Shown here: positions 24,525 through 33,224 of the stretch, piece by piece
Layout: each line of letters starts with the position of its first letter
How positions within the stretch are numbered: position 1 is the first letter of the stretch
IMG/VR virus record: IMGVR_UViG_3300020045_005034
Location: 1 to 33,224 of that record
Strand: one strand, 5' to 3'
Length of the DNA stretch: 33,224 bases
From: a virus
Taxonomy: Duplodnaviria; Caudoviricetes
Notes under the pieces: generated by a model
Seen by the model: the letters and a program-made list of their open reading frames with translations, nothing else
The model's database searches: none
Told to the model about the DNA's origin: nothing
Position numbers and translations under genes: made by a program

Positions 24525-27500
24525 GTGGATTTCTATCAAATTGTTGAAAAGACATCAAAAGGAAGTTTAGAGATCTACCCCGACTTCAAAGCGTGCCGTT
24601 CGAAGGATTTGATGATCCGTGGTAAAGCATTTTATGCTATATGGGATCAAGAGAAACATATCTGGTCAACCGACGAGTATGATGTACAACGTTTAGTAGA
24701 TAAGGAACTTGAAGAGTACCGGGACGAACGTCAGAAAACTTGGGCGGGCAAAATTGAAGTTAAAAGCATGTTATCATTTTCAAGTAACATGTGGAAGAAC
24801 TATCGTAACTTTTTAAGAGAAATGTCGGATTGCTCCAAACAGCTTGATGCAAATCTCACATTCCTCAACACAGATGCAAAGAAGACAGATTATATTAGTA
24901 GGCGATTATCATATCCTTTAGAAGAAGGACCAATAGTTGCTTATGATGAGCTGATGTCAACTTTGTATATTCCATCCGAAAGAGAAAAATTAGAATGGGC
25001 TATAGGAGCAATCATTTCTGGTGATGCAAAACATATTCAGAAGTTTATTGTTCTTTATGGTGAAGCAGGATCTGGTAAGTCGACGTTTCTTAATATTGTG
25101 CAAAAACTCTTTGATGGGTATTACACAGCATTTGAGGCCAAGGCTTTAACTGGAAACAACAATTCATTTTCGACCGAACCATTCAAAGCAAATCCACTTG
25201 TGGCTATTCAACATGATGGTGACCTATCAAAGATTGAAGACAATACAAAACTTAACTCTATAATTTCCCATGAAGAGATGACAATGAATGAAAAGTATAA
25301 ACCCTCATATACTGCTCGTTCTAATGCTTTCTTATTTATGGGAACTAATAAACCAGTTAAGATTACAGATGCAAAGTCTGGCATTATCCGACGCTTGATA
25401 GATGTAATGCCTAGTGGTGAAAAGATTCCGAGTAAGAAGTATCATGCTCTTATGGGTCAGATCGATTTTGAATTAGGAGCAATAGCATTTCATTGTTTAC
25501 AGGTATATCATAGGTTGGGTAAGAATTATTATGGTAGTTATCGCCCATTACAAATGATATATCAAACAGATGTATTCTTTAACTTCGTTGAATCATGCTA
25601 TCATACATTCAGAGAACAAGATGGAGCAGCACTGTCACAAGCATATGAAATGTATAAAACATATTGTGATGAAGCACTTGTTGATTTTAAGTTACCTAGA
25701 CATAAGTTTAGGGAAGAACTGAAATCATATTTCAAAAGCTTTCATGAAGTGATAAGAATTAATGATAAACAGGTTCGAAGTTATTATGGTGGATTTCTAG
25801 CATCTAAGTTTCAAATTATAGATCGACCAAAAGAAGAGAAACCATATTCTCTAGTAATTGATAGTAATGAATCATTATTGGATAAAGTACTAGAAGAGTG
25901 TCCAGCACAATACGCAACAGAAAAAGAAACTCCAGAAAAGAAATGGTCAGAGATTAAGACAAAACTTTCCGATATTAATACACATAAGATTCATTATGTA
26001 CAACCACCAAAGAATCATATTGTAATTGACTTTGATTTAAAAGATCAGAGTGGAAAGAAGTCATTAGAGAAGAATTTAGAAGAAGCTAGTAAATGGCCAA
26101 CAACATATGCTGAGTATAGTAAGAGTGGGTCTGGTATTCATCTGCATTATATTTATGATGGCGATGTTGACAAACTCAGTAGAGTGCACTCAGAAGGTAT
26201 AGAAATTAAAGTATTTGTTGGTCAAGCATCTCTTCGGAGAAAACTCACAAAGTGCAACACTTCACCGGTTGCAACTATTAGTACCGGACTACCATTGAAA
26301 GGAGAGAAAATGATTAATTTTGAAGGTGTTAAGAATGAGAAGGCCTTAAGAACTTTAATCCTTAAGAATTTAAATAAGGAAGTTCACGCAGGCACAAAGC
26401 CAAGTATTGATTTTATTTGGCAAATTCTTGAAGATGCATATATATCTGGTATGAAGTATGATGTAACCGATCTACGTCCGAAGATTTTAGCATTTGCTAA
26501 TAATTCTTCTAATCAACCGGAATACTGTATCAAACTTGTTGGTAAGATGCACTTTGCATCCGATGAACCAAGTATATCTACCGAAGAGTATAAGAGTGAT
26601 GAGCTTATATTCTTTGACATTGAAGTATTTCCAAATCTCTTTATTCTTGTGTGGAAAGCTGCCGATAAGAAACCAGTAAGAATGATTAACCCATCACCAA
26701 AAGAGATTGGTGAACTATTGGGATTTAAGTTAATTGGTTTCAACAATCGACGGTATGATAACCATATCCTCTATGCAAGGTATATTGGATGGACAAATGA
26801 AGAACTCTATAAGTTAAGTCAAAAGATTATTAATGATAGTCGTAATGCTTTATTTGGAGAAGCTTATAATTTGTCTTATACCGATGTTTATGACTTTGCA
26901 TCAGCAGCAAATAAGAAGGGTCTTAAGAAGTTTGAGATTGAGCTTGGTATCCATCATCAAGAGCTCGGGCTTCCTTGGGATAAAGAAGTACCAGAAGAAT
27001 TGTGGAATAAGGTTGCAGAGTATTGCGAGAATGATGTAGTTGCAACCGAAATAGTATTTCATCATCTTTCTGGCGACTGGGCAGCAAGACAAATTCTTGC
27101 AGCACTTAGTGGGCTGACCGTTAATGATACAACAAACATGCACTCGACAAAGATCATATTTGGTGATGAAAAGAATCCACAATCACAATTTATCTATACC
27201 GACTTGAGTGTTATGTTTCCTGGATATTCCTTTGAGGGCGGAAAGAGCACTTATCGAGGAGAAGAACCAGGTGAAGGTGGATATGTCTATGCCGAGACAG
27301 GAATGTATACTGATGTTGCAGTTCTTGACGTTGCATCAATGCACCCAACAAGTACCGAACAATTAAACATGTTTGGACCATATACAAAGATCTTCAGTGA
27401 AATCAAGAATGGTCGAGTATATATTAAGCGTAAAGAGTTTGATAAAGTTCGATCAATTCTGAATGGAAAACTTATTCCATTTATTGAAAAGCTTGAAGCT

Positions 27501-28469
27501 GGCACATCAACCTATACATCCAAAGATTTAGCTGATGCATTAAAGACTGTTATCAATTCTGTCTATGGACTGACCTCTGCAAAGTTTGAGAATAAATTTA
27601 AAGATCCACGTAATAAGGATAATATTGTTGCTAAACGTGGAGCCTTATTTATGATTGATCTAAAACATGCAGTTCAAGATCAGGGGTTTAAAGTTGCACA
27701 TATTAAAACAGACTCAATTAAGATTCCAAATGCTACTCCTGAAATTATTAAGTTTGTTATGGAATTTGGTAAAAAGTATGGCTATGAGTTTGAGCATGAG
27801 GATACATATTCTAAGTTCTGTTTAGTTAATGATGCAGTTTACATTGCCAAAACAGATAAAGGCGAATGGACTGCAACAGGAGCTCAATTTGCACAACCAT
27901 ATGTGTTTAAGACTCTATTCTCAAAAGCTCCACTAGAGTTCAGTGATATGTGTGAGACCAAAACAGTAACATCTGCATTATATCTCGACATGAATGAAAG
28001 CCTAGAGGCAGATCAGCATAACTATATTTTCATAGGAAAAGCCGGTTCATTCTGCCCAGTTGTTAAAGATGCTGGTGGTGGAATACTTCTTAGAGAAAAA
28101 GATGGGAAGTATTATGCGGCTACAGGAACAAAGGGGTATCGGTGGCTTGAAGCCGAAATGGTCAAGGGTTTAGGAAAGGAAGACTATATTGACCGAGGTT
28201 ACTATAATGAACTTGTCGATGATGCAGTGAGTAACATTTCTAAGTATGGCGATTTTGAATGGTTTATATCTAACACCGAAGAAACAAAACTCGAAGAAAC
28301 ACCAATAGGGTTTAATGATATTCCACCTCCATGGTTTGCACCATGTGGAAAAGATATCCTATGCTTTGAGTGCGAAGACTATGATGTTAATATGCCATTC
28401 GGACCAGGTTGCATGAAGGGTTATAGTATACCCTTACTTAAAGGAGAGAACACCAATGATAAAGAATAA
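24525..28469 (+). CDS. Fused SF3 (D5-like) helicase / AEP primase / family B DNA polymerase
   Basis: Walker A GEAGSGKS. AEP motifs VIDFD and SKSGSGIHLHY. Exonuclease motifs FDIE, GFN..YD and YCENDV. Polymerase motifs DVASMHP, K..INSVYG and IKTDS. Confidence 0.92.
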   Translation: MDFYQIVEKTSKGSLEIYPDFKACRSKDLMIRGKAFYAIWDQEKHIWSTDEYDVQRLVDKELEEYRDERQKTWAGKIEVKSMLSFSSNMWKNYRNFLREMSDCSKQLDANLTFLNTDAKKTDYISRRLSYPLEEGPIVAYDELMSTLYIPSEREKLEWAIGAIISGDAKHIQKFIVLYGEAGSGKSTFLNIVQKLFDGYYTAFEAKALTGNNNSFSTEPFKANPLVAIQHDGDLSKIEDNTKLNSIISHEEMTMNEKYKPSYTARSNAFLFMGTNKPVKITDAKSGIIRRLIDVMPSGEKIPSKKYHALMGQIDFELGAIAFHCLQVYHRLGKNYYGSYRPLQMIYQTDVFFNFVESCYHTFREQDGAALSQAYEMYKTYCDEALVDFKLPRHKFREELKSYFKSFHEVIRINDKQVRSYYGGFLASKFQIIDRPKEEKPYSLVIDSNESLLDKVLEECPAQYATEKETPEKKWSEIKTKLSDINTHKIHYVQPPKNHIVIDFDLKDQSGKKSLEKNLEEASKWPTTYAEYSKSGSGIHLHYIYDGDVDKLSRVHSEGIEIKVFVGQASLRRKLTKCNTSPVATISTGLPLKGEKMINFEGVKNEKALRTLILKNLNKEVHAGTKPSIDFIWQILEDAYISGMKYDVTDLRPKILAFANNSSNQPEYCIKLVGKMHFASDEPSISTEEYKSDELIFFDIEVFPNLFILVWKAADKKPVRMINPSPKEIGELLGFKLIGFNNRRYDNHILYARYIGWTNEELYKLSQKIINDSRNALFGEAYNLSYTDVYDFASAANKKGLKKFEIELGIHHQELGLPWDKEVPEELWNKVAEYCENDVVATEIVFHHLSGDWAARQILAALSGLTVNDTTNMHSTKIIFGDEKNPQSQFIYTDLSVMFPGYSFEGGKSTYRGEEPGEGGYVYAETGMYTDVAVLDVASMHPTSTEQLNMFGPYTKIFSEIKNGRVYIKRKEFDKVRSILNGKLIPFIEKLEAGTSTYTSKDLADALKTVINSVYGLTSAKFENKFKDPRNKDNIVAKRGALFMIDLKHAVQDQGFKVAHIKTDSIKIPNATPEIIKFVMEFGKKYGYEFEHEDTYSKFCLVNDAVYIAKTDKGEWTATGAQFAQPYVFKTLFSKAPLEFSDMCETKTVTSALYLDMNESLEADQHNYIFIGKAGSFCPVVKDAGGGILLREKDGKYYAATGTKGYRWLEAEMVKGLGKEDYIDRGYYNELVDDAVSNISKYGDFEWFISNTEETKLEETPIGFNDIPPPWFAPCGKDILCFECEDYDVNMPFGPGCMKGYSIPLLKGENTNDKE

Positions 28470-28953
28470 TATTACAATTGAAAATGCTCGAATCGGATTC
28501 CGTAATTTCAGAGGCAAAGGTGGCCAATACAATCCTGAGGGAAGACGTAACTTCTGTGTCTTTCTCGAATCAGATCTAGCCAAGACTCTTGAGCAGGATG
28601 GTTGGAATGTTCGATGGTTAGAGCCACGAGATGAACAGGAAGATGCACAAGCATATTTACAGGTAGCAATAAGCTACACAAATATTCCACCAAAGATTAT
28701 CATGATCACAAGTCATGGTAAAACCATTCTCGATGATGAGTCCATCGGTCTTCTGGATACTGCAGAGATCTCTGAAATTGATCTTATCATTCGTCCTTAT
28801 AATTGGACACTTCATGCTGGAACAAAGAATGAAAAGAATGGTGTCAAAGCGTATGTCAAATCGATGTATGTAACGATTGCTGAAGACGAGTTTGAAAAGA
28901 AATATTATAATGTTCCCACAGAAGGTATCATAGAGGAGCCTGATGGCGATTAA
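28456..28953 (+). CDS. Putative single-stranded DNA-binding protein
   Basis: FRNF.G....YN..G.RNF, IRPY.W...G.KAY...MYV, acidic tail, located between polymerase and helicase. Confidence 0.7.
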   Translation: MIKNNITIENARIGFRNFRGKGGQYNPEGRRNFCVFLESDLAKTLEQDGWNVRWLEPRDEQEDAQAYLQVAISYTNIPPKIIMITSHGKTILDDESIGLLDTAEISEIDLIIRPYNWTLHAGTKNEKNGVKAYVKSMYVTIAEDEFEKKYYNVPTEGIIEEPDGD

Positions 28954-30166
28954 TCTCTATGAGCATCAAAAAGATGCTATAGGAAAACTGCGAACCGGCT
29001 CCATCTTAGTTGGTGGGGTCGGCTCCGGTAAATCCTTAACTGCTCTGGCATATTACTTTACAGTCGAATGTGATGGTAAGATCAAGACCAATGGCGAGAG
29101 TGGGTATTCGCCTATGAGAAAACCTAAAGATCTATATATCATCACAACTGCTCGAAAACGTGATTGCTTAGAATGGGATAAAGAGTGCGCTCACTTTCTA
29201 CTCTCTACTAAGAAAGAATTAAGTATCGGTGGAGTTGGACTATTTATTGATTCTTGGAACAACATTGCAAAGTATGCAAGTGTCAAGAATGCCTTCTTCA
29301 TATTTGATGAACAGCGAGTTGTAGGGAACGGTGTTTGGGTAAAATCATTTCTTAAGATTACAAAAAACAATAGCTGGATTTTATTGAGTGCTACTCCTGG
29401 AGATACATGGTTAGATTATATTCCGGTCTTCATTGCTAATGGATGGTATAAGAATCGAACAGAATTTATTCATCGACATGTTGTATATAACAACTTTTCT
29501 AAATTTCCAAAAGTCGATCATTTTATTGAGACTGGTAGATTGAGTAAACTTCGAGAAGCAGTCATGGTTCATATGCATTATAAGAAGCGAACTATAGCTC
29601 ATGACAAGAATGTAGTTGTTGATTTTAACAGAGAAATATTTGATACTATTTTAGTTAAGAGATGGCATGTGTATGAGCAGCGTCCAATAAAAGATATTGG
29701 TGAACTTTGTTATGTAATGCGGAAAGCAGTCAATAGCGATCCAAGTAGATTAAAGGTGGTAGCTGAACTTTTAGAAAAGCATCCTCGCATAATCATATTT
29801 TACAATTTTAATTATGAACGAGATTTATTATTGAAGTTAGGAGAAGATTTAAAAATTCCAACAGCACAATGGAATGGCCACAAACATGAGCAGATACCAG
29901 ACACTAAAGAATGGATGTATATTGTTCAGTATGCAGCTGGCGCTGAAGGTTGGAATTGTACAGAAACTAATACAATCATATTCTTCTCTCAGAATTATTC
30001 TTACAAAGCAACCATTCAAGCAGCTGGTAGAATCGATAGATTGAACACACCATTCACAGATTTATTCTATTACTACCTAAGGTCAAATTCATTTATTGAT
30101 TTAGCCATAAGTAAAGCTTTGAAGAATAAGAAAAACTTTAATGAACATCGTTTTATGTCAGCCTAA
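28943..30166 (+). CDS. Superfamily 2 DNA helicase
   Basis: LYEHQ, GGVGSGKS, FDEQR, LSATPG, GAEGWN, QAAGRIDR. Confidence 0.9.
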   Translation: MAINLYEHQKDAIGKLRTGSILVGGVGSGKSLTALAYYFTVECDGKIKTNGESGYSPMRKPKDLYIITTARKRDCLEWDKECAHFLLSTKKELSIGGVGLFIDSWNNIAKYASVKNAFFIFDEQRVVGNGVWVKSFLKITKNNSWILLSATPGDTWLDYIPVFIANGWYKNRTEFIHRHVVYNNFSKFPKVDHFIETGRLSKLREAVMVHMHYKKRTIAHDKNVVVDFNREIFDTILVKRWHVYEQRPIKDIGELCYVMRKAVNSDPSRLKVVAELLEKHPRIIIFYNFNYERDLLLKLGEDLKIPTAQWNGHKHEQIPDTKEWMYIVQYAAGAEGWNCTETNTIIFFSQNYSYKATIQAAGRIDRLNTPFTDLFYYYLRSNSFIDLAISKALKNKKNFNEHRFMSA

Positions 30167-30172
30167 AGCTCC

Positions 30173-30201
30173 TCGCAGAAATAACAGGGCCTCTAATAGA
30201 A
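30173..30201 (+). promoter_or_regulatory. 29-bp motif, copy 12 (heads nuclease-RNAP operon)
   Basis: TCGCAGAAATAACAGGGCCTCTAATAGAA. Confidence 0.85.
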
Positions 30202-30250
30202 GAAGAGGAAAATCTCTCTCTTCTATTATTTTTGGAGGGAGGCCGCTCAC

Positions 30251-30562
30251 ATGAGAGAAAGCCAATTTCAATCACAATTAAAAAACGAGTTACAAGAATT
30301 ATTTCCAGGATGTATTATTCTTAAGAATGATGCAAACTATATACAAGGGTTCCCCGATTTAACAATCTTGTACAAAAACAATTGGGCGGTCTTAGAATGC
30401 AAAAAGAGTTTAAGAGAACCATTCCAACCAAATCAAGATTATTATCTTGAACTTTGTGATGGTATGTCTTTTGCATCAATGATTTGTCCAGAGAATAAGG
30501 AGGGAGTTCTTAATGAACTTCAACTTGCATTCGCGCCTCGAAGGGCAACACGCCTTTCTTAG
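30251..30562 (+). CDS. VRR-Nuc/Holliday-junction-resolvase-like nuclease
   Basis: ES.FQ, QGFPDL, LECK, PNQ..Y. Confidence 0.8.
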   Translation: MRESQFQSQLKNELQELFPGCIILKNDANYIQGFPDLTILYKNNWAVLECKKSLREPFQPNQDYYLELCDGMSFASMICPENKEGVLNELQLAFAPRRATRLS

Positions 30563-31067
30563 TGCAAGCAAATACCATTGGATTAATTATGATGAAGAAA
30601 AACTAATTTCAACATTTACAAAGTTTCAAGCAATCCAAAGAGGAACCGAGCTTCATGATTTAGCCTCTAATCTTATTAGACTTGGCGTCAAACTCCCAAA
30701 GACAAATAAAACTTTAAATCTTTATGTGAATGATGCAATTGGATTTAAGATGGAGACTGAACAGATCCTATACTATTCAGATAATTGTTTTGGAACAGCC
30801 GATACTATATCCTTTCGCCAGGATCGATTAAGAATTCATGATCTGAAGAGTGGAGAAACCCCAGCATCTGTTAAACAACTTATGGTTTACAATGCTCTCT
30901 TTTGTTTAGAGTATAATATTAAACCAACCGAAATTGAAACCGAATTAAGATTGTATCAATTAGACGAAGTTATTATTCATACTCCAGAGCCTGATGATAT
31001 TTTTAACATTATGGAAAAGATCATTATCTTTGACAAGAAAATTGAACAATTAAAAATAGGGGGATAA
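30513..31067 (+). CDS. PD-(D/E)XK exonuclease-like protein (DUF2800/Cas4-like fold)
   Basis: HAFLSAS, RGTELH, FGTAD, IHDLKSG, QL.VY. Confidence 0.8.
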   Translation: MNFNLHSRLEGQHAFLSASKYHWINYDEEKLISTFTKFQAIQRGTELHDLASNLIRLGVKLPKTNKTLNLYVNDAIGFKMETEQILYYSDNCFGTADTISFRQDRLRIHDLKSGETPASVKQLMVYNALFCLEYNIKPTEIETELRLYQLDEVIIHTPEPDDIFNIMEKIIIFDKKIEQLKIGG

Positions 31068-31072
31068 CTTTC

Positions 31073-33224
31073 ATGGGCGATGAATTAAGACATTATGGCA
31101 TGCCAAGACGCTCTGGGAGATATCCTTGGGGTTCTGGGGAAGATTCATATCAAAGAGCTATCGGTTGGCAAGAACATGTTGAAAGACTTCGCAGGCAAGG
31201 CATGAGTGATGCCGATATTGCTAAAAATGAGGGTATCAAAACTCCACAGTTAAGAGCTCGAATCTCGATTGCCAAAAATGAACAATGGAATACTGATCGA
31301 AATATTGCAGTTGCTCTTAAAGATAAAGGATATTCTCAAAGTGAAATTGGTCGTAGGATGGGACGTAATGAATCTCAAATTCGCAATTTCCTAAATCCAG
31401 TTCTTGCTGAAAGAGCGGCTATAACAGCTACTACTGCTAAGATGCTTAAAGAGAATGTTGATAAGTATCGGTATATTGATGTTGGAACGGGTATAGAAAA
31501 TCATTTAGGAGTTAGTCGTACCAAACTAAATACTGCCGTTGCACAATTAGCTGAAGAAGGTTATAAAATTCATAGCTTACATGTAGATCAACAAGGAATG
31601 CCAGGACAGTTTACAATTTATAAAGTATTAGGCTCTAAGGATAGTAGTTGGAAAGAATTAAAAGATGATATCAGTCTTCTTAAAAACATAACAACAACCT
31701 CTGATGACTTTGGAAGAACTTACAATACTTCAGATTTAGGATTAAAACCAATTCAACATTTGAATGTGGATCGAGTTAAAGTCCGATATGCTGAAGAAGG
31801 CGGTGGAGATCGGGATGGAGTTATTGAACTTCGTAGAGGAGTTGAAGATCTCAATCTTGGAAATTCCAAGTATGCACAAGTTCGAGTTGGAGTTAATGGA
31901 ACTCATTTCTTAAAAGGTATGGCCGTTTATAGCGATAAGATTCCAGATGGTGTCGATGTAGTATTTAATACTAATAAACATGATACCGGAAATAAACTTG
32001 ATGCTATGAAAAAACTTAAGGTAAATCCAGAGACAAAAGAAGTTGATCAGGATAATCCTTTCGGCGCCACTATCAAGAGAGAACTCGATGGTTTTGGTAA
32101 CTTAGTATCCGCTCAAAAAGGTGCATTAAACATTGTTAATGAAGAAGGTGATTGGGAAAAATGGTCAAAAACCATATCCTCTCAAATACTTTCTAAACAA
32201 ACAGTCCCCGTCGCCAAAACACAACTTAATTTAGCATGGTCTCAGAAAAAAGAAGAATATGACGAAATTATGGCACTAACAAATCCAGTCATAAAGAAAA
32301 AACTTCTTTTAGAGTTTGCGGATGAATGTGATTCGTCATCAGTTCATTTAAAAGCAGCAGCTCTTCCTAGACAAGCTAATAAGATTATTCTTCCAATTCC
32401 AGATCTTAAGGAAACGGAAGTTTATGCTCCAACATTTAATAATGGCGAAAACGTTGTCCTTATTAGACATCCACATGGTGGCACATTTGAAATTCCCCAA
32501 TTAAAAGTTAATAATACTTCTAAAGCAGCAAAATCTATCATGGAAAATGCATCAGATGCTATTGGTATACATCCTAATGTTGCCAAGAAACTTTCTGGAG
32601 CCGACTTTGATGGAGATACTGTAATCGTTATTCCAAACAATCGAGGTTTAATTAGAACATCAGATTCTTTGAAGGGTCTTGAAAATTTTGATCCAATTGA
32701 AAAATATAAACCTTATGATGGAATGAAAACGATTGATGGAGGAATTTATAACGCTAAAACTCGAGATGTAGATTATGGAAATAAGAAACCTCGAGCTCAG
32801 ACTAAACAAACCAAAATGGGTGAAGTTTCAAATCTAATTACAGATATGACTATTAAAGGGGCCAGTTTAGACAAAATAGCAAGAGCTGTTAAACACTCAA
32901 TGGTTGTTATTGATTCTGAAAAACATCATCTTGATTATGCCCGTTCTTATAAAGAGAATGGGATTGCATCTTTAAGTGAAGAATATCAGAATGGAAAACG
33001 TGGTGGTGCCTCAACTCTAATATCAAAAGCATCATCTGAATTAAGAGTTGATGAGCGAACACCTAGACATGCTAAAGATGGAGGCCCAATAGATCGTATT
33101 ACTGGAGAAAAGGTCTATACAAAAACTGGTGCTACTTATGAGAAGATGAAAGTTTCTATTGATCCAGTAACTGGAAAGAAAATATATACTCCTACTGGTA
33201 AAATTATTAAGAAACAAACACCTT
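31073..33224 (+). CDS. Single-chain two-barrel (double-psi beta-barrel) RNA polymerase with N-terminal HTHs, 3'-incomplete
   Basis: Read by hand from ATG 31073 (MGDELRHYGMPRRSGRYPWGSG...) with no stop to the window end (at least 717 codons). Contains LKGM, LIRHPH and the catalytic LSGADFDGD (DFDGD at 32603-32617). HTH-like GYSQSEIGRRMGRNESQIR. Confidence 0.88.
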   Translation, partial: MGDELRHYGMPRRSGRYPWGSGEDSYQRAIGWQEHVERLRRQGMSDADIAKNEGIKTPQLRARISIAKNEQWNTDRNIAVALKDKGYSQSEIGRRMGRNESQIRNFLNPVLAERAAITATTAKMLKENVDKYRYIDVGTGIENHLGVSRTKLNTAVAQLAEEGYKIHSLHVDQQGMPGQFTIYKVLGSKDSSWKELKDDISLLKNITTTSDDFGRTYNTSDLGLKPIQHLNVDRVKVRYAEEGGGDRDGVIELRRGVEDLNLGNSKYAQVRVGVNGTHFLKGMAVYSDKIPDGVDVVFNTNKHDTGNKLDAMKKLKVNPETKEVDQDNPFGATIKRELDGFGNLVSAQKGALNIVNEEGDWEKWSKTISSQILSKQTVPVAKTQLNLAWSQKKEEYDEIMALTNPVIKKKLLLEFADECDSSSVHLKAAALPRQANKIILPIPDLKETEVYAPTFNNGENVVLIRHPHGGTFEIPQLKVNNTSKAAKSIMENASDAIGIHPNVAKKLSGADFDGDTVIVIPNNRGLIRTSDSLKGLENFDPIEKYKPYDGMKTIDGGIYNAKTRDVDYGNKKPRAQTKQTKMGEVSNLITDMTIKGASLDKIARAVKHSMVVIDSEKHHLDYARSYKENGIASLSEEYQNGKRGGASTLISKASSELRVDERTPRHAKDGGPIDRITGEKVYTKTGATYEKMKVSIDPVTGKKIYTPTGKIIKKQTP

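Larger units (their letters stand above)
2875..33224 (+). mobile_element. Tailed dsDNA bacteriophage genome segment encoding its own RNA polymerase (incomplete at both ends)
   Basis: Co-oriented tail, holin, accessory, replication and RNAP genes. No integrase or att site seen. Confidence 0.92.

Noticed and set aside
30513-31067. Cas4-like nuclease as evidence of CRISPR-Cas
   Set aside because: Stand-alone phage PD-(D/E)XK nuclease without the Cas4 Fe-S cysteine cluster, and no cas1/cas2.
6572-32640. Long minus-strand ORFs (e.g. 6572..7297, 21453..22250, 32422..32640)
   Set aside because: Antisense shadows of well-supported + strand genes, with no recognisable motifs.

Overview
From about 2875 to the window end this is a gene-dense, entirely + strand segment of a tailed dsDNA phage, probably of a Firmicute/Clostridia-like host (strong AAGGAG RBSs, Dp-1- and r1t-type holins). 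Gene order: 5'-truncated tail gene, minor tail genes, three holin-like genes, a long accessory region of small genes, a candidate replication origin, a 1314-aa helicase-primase-PolB fusion, SSB, SF2 helicase, two nucleases, and a single-chain two-barrel RNA polymerase (GADFDGD). The RNAP runs off the right edge and is missing from the ORF track. From memory this layout resembles Oengus/ReqiPepy6-like phages; no search was run. The most striking structure is a gap-free 29-bp motif (TCGC-N2-RAAWAAC-N5-YTMTAAT-RRAR) present 12 times. It heads promoter-gene-terminator cassettes carrying small membrane proteins, one ORF-less small RNA, or tRNA-like cloverleaves with abnormal anticodon loops. I infer it is the promoter of the phage RNAP. 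Also present: an NAD-ligase gene with one in-frame TAA and no HhH/BRCT, an internal RBS/ATG in the polymerase fusion, a repeated start-associated motif, and several paralogous mini-protein families. Bases 1-2874 look unrelated (M15 peptidase plus hypotheticals) and join abruptly into the tail gene, possibly an assembly or concatenation junction. Family names are recognised by eye, not by database search.
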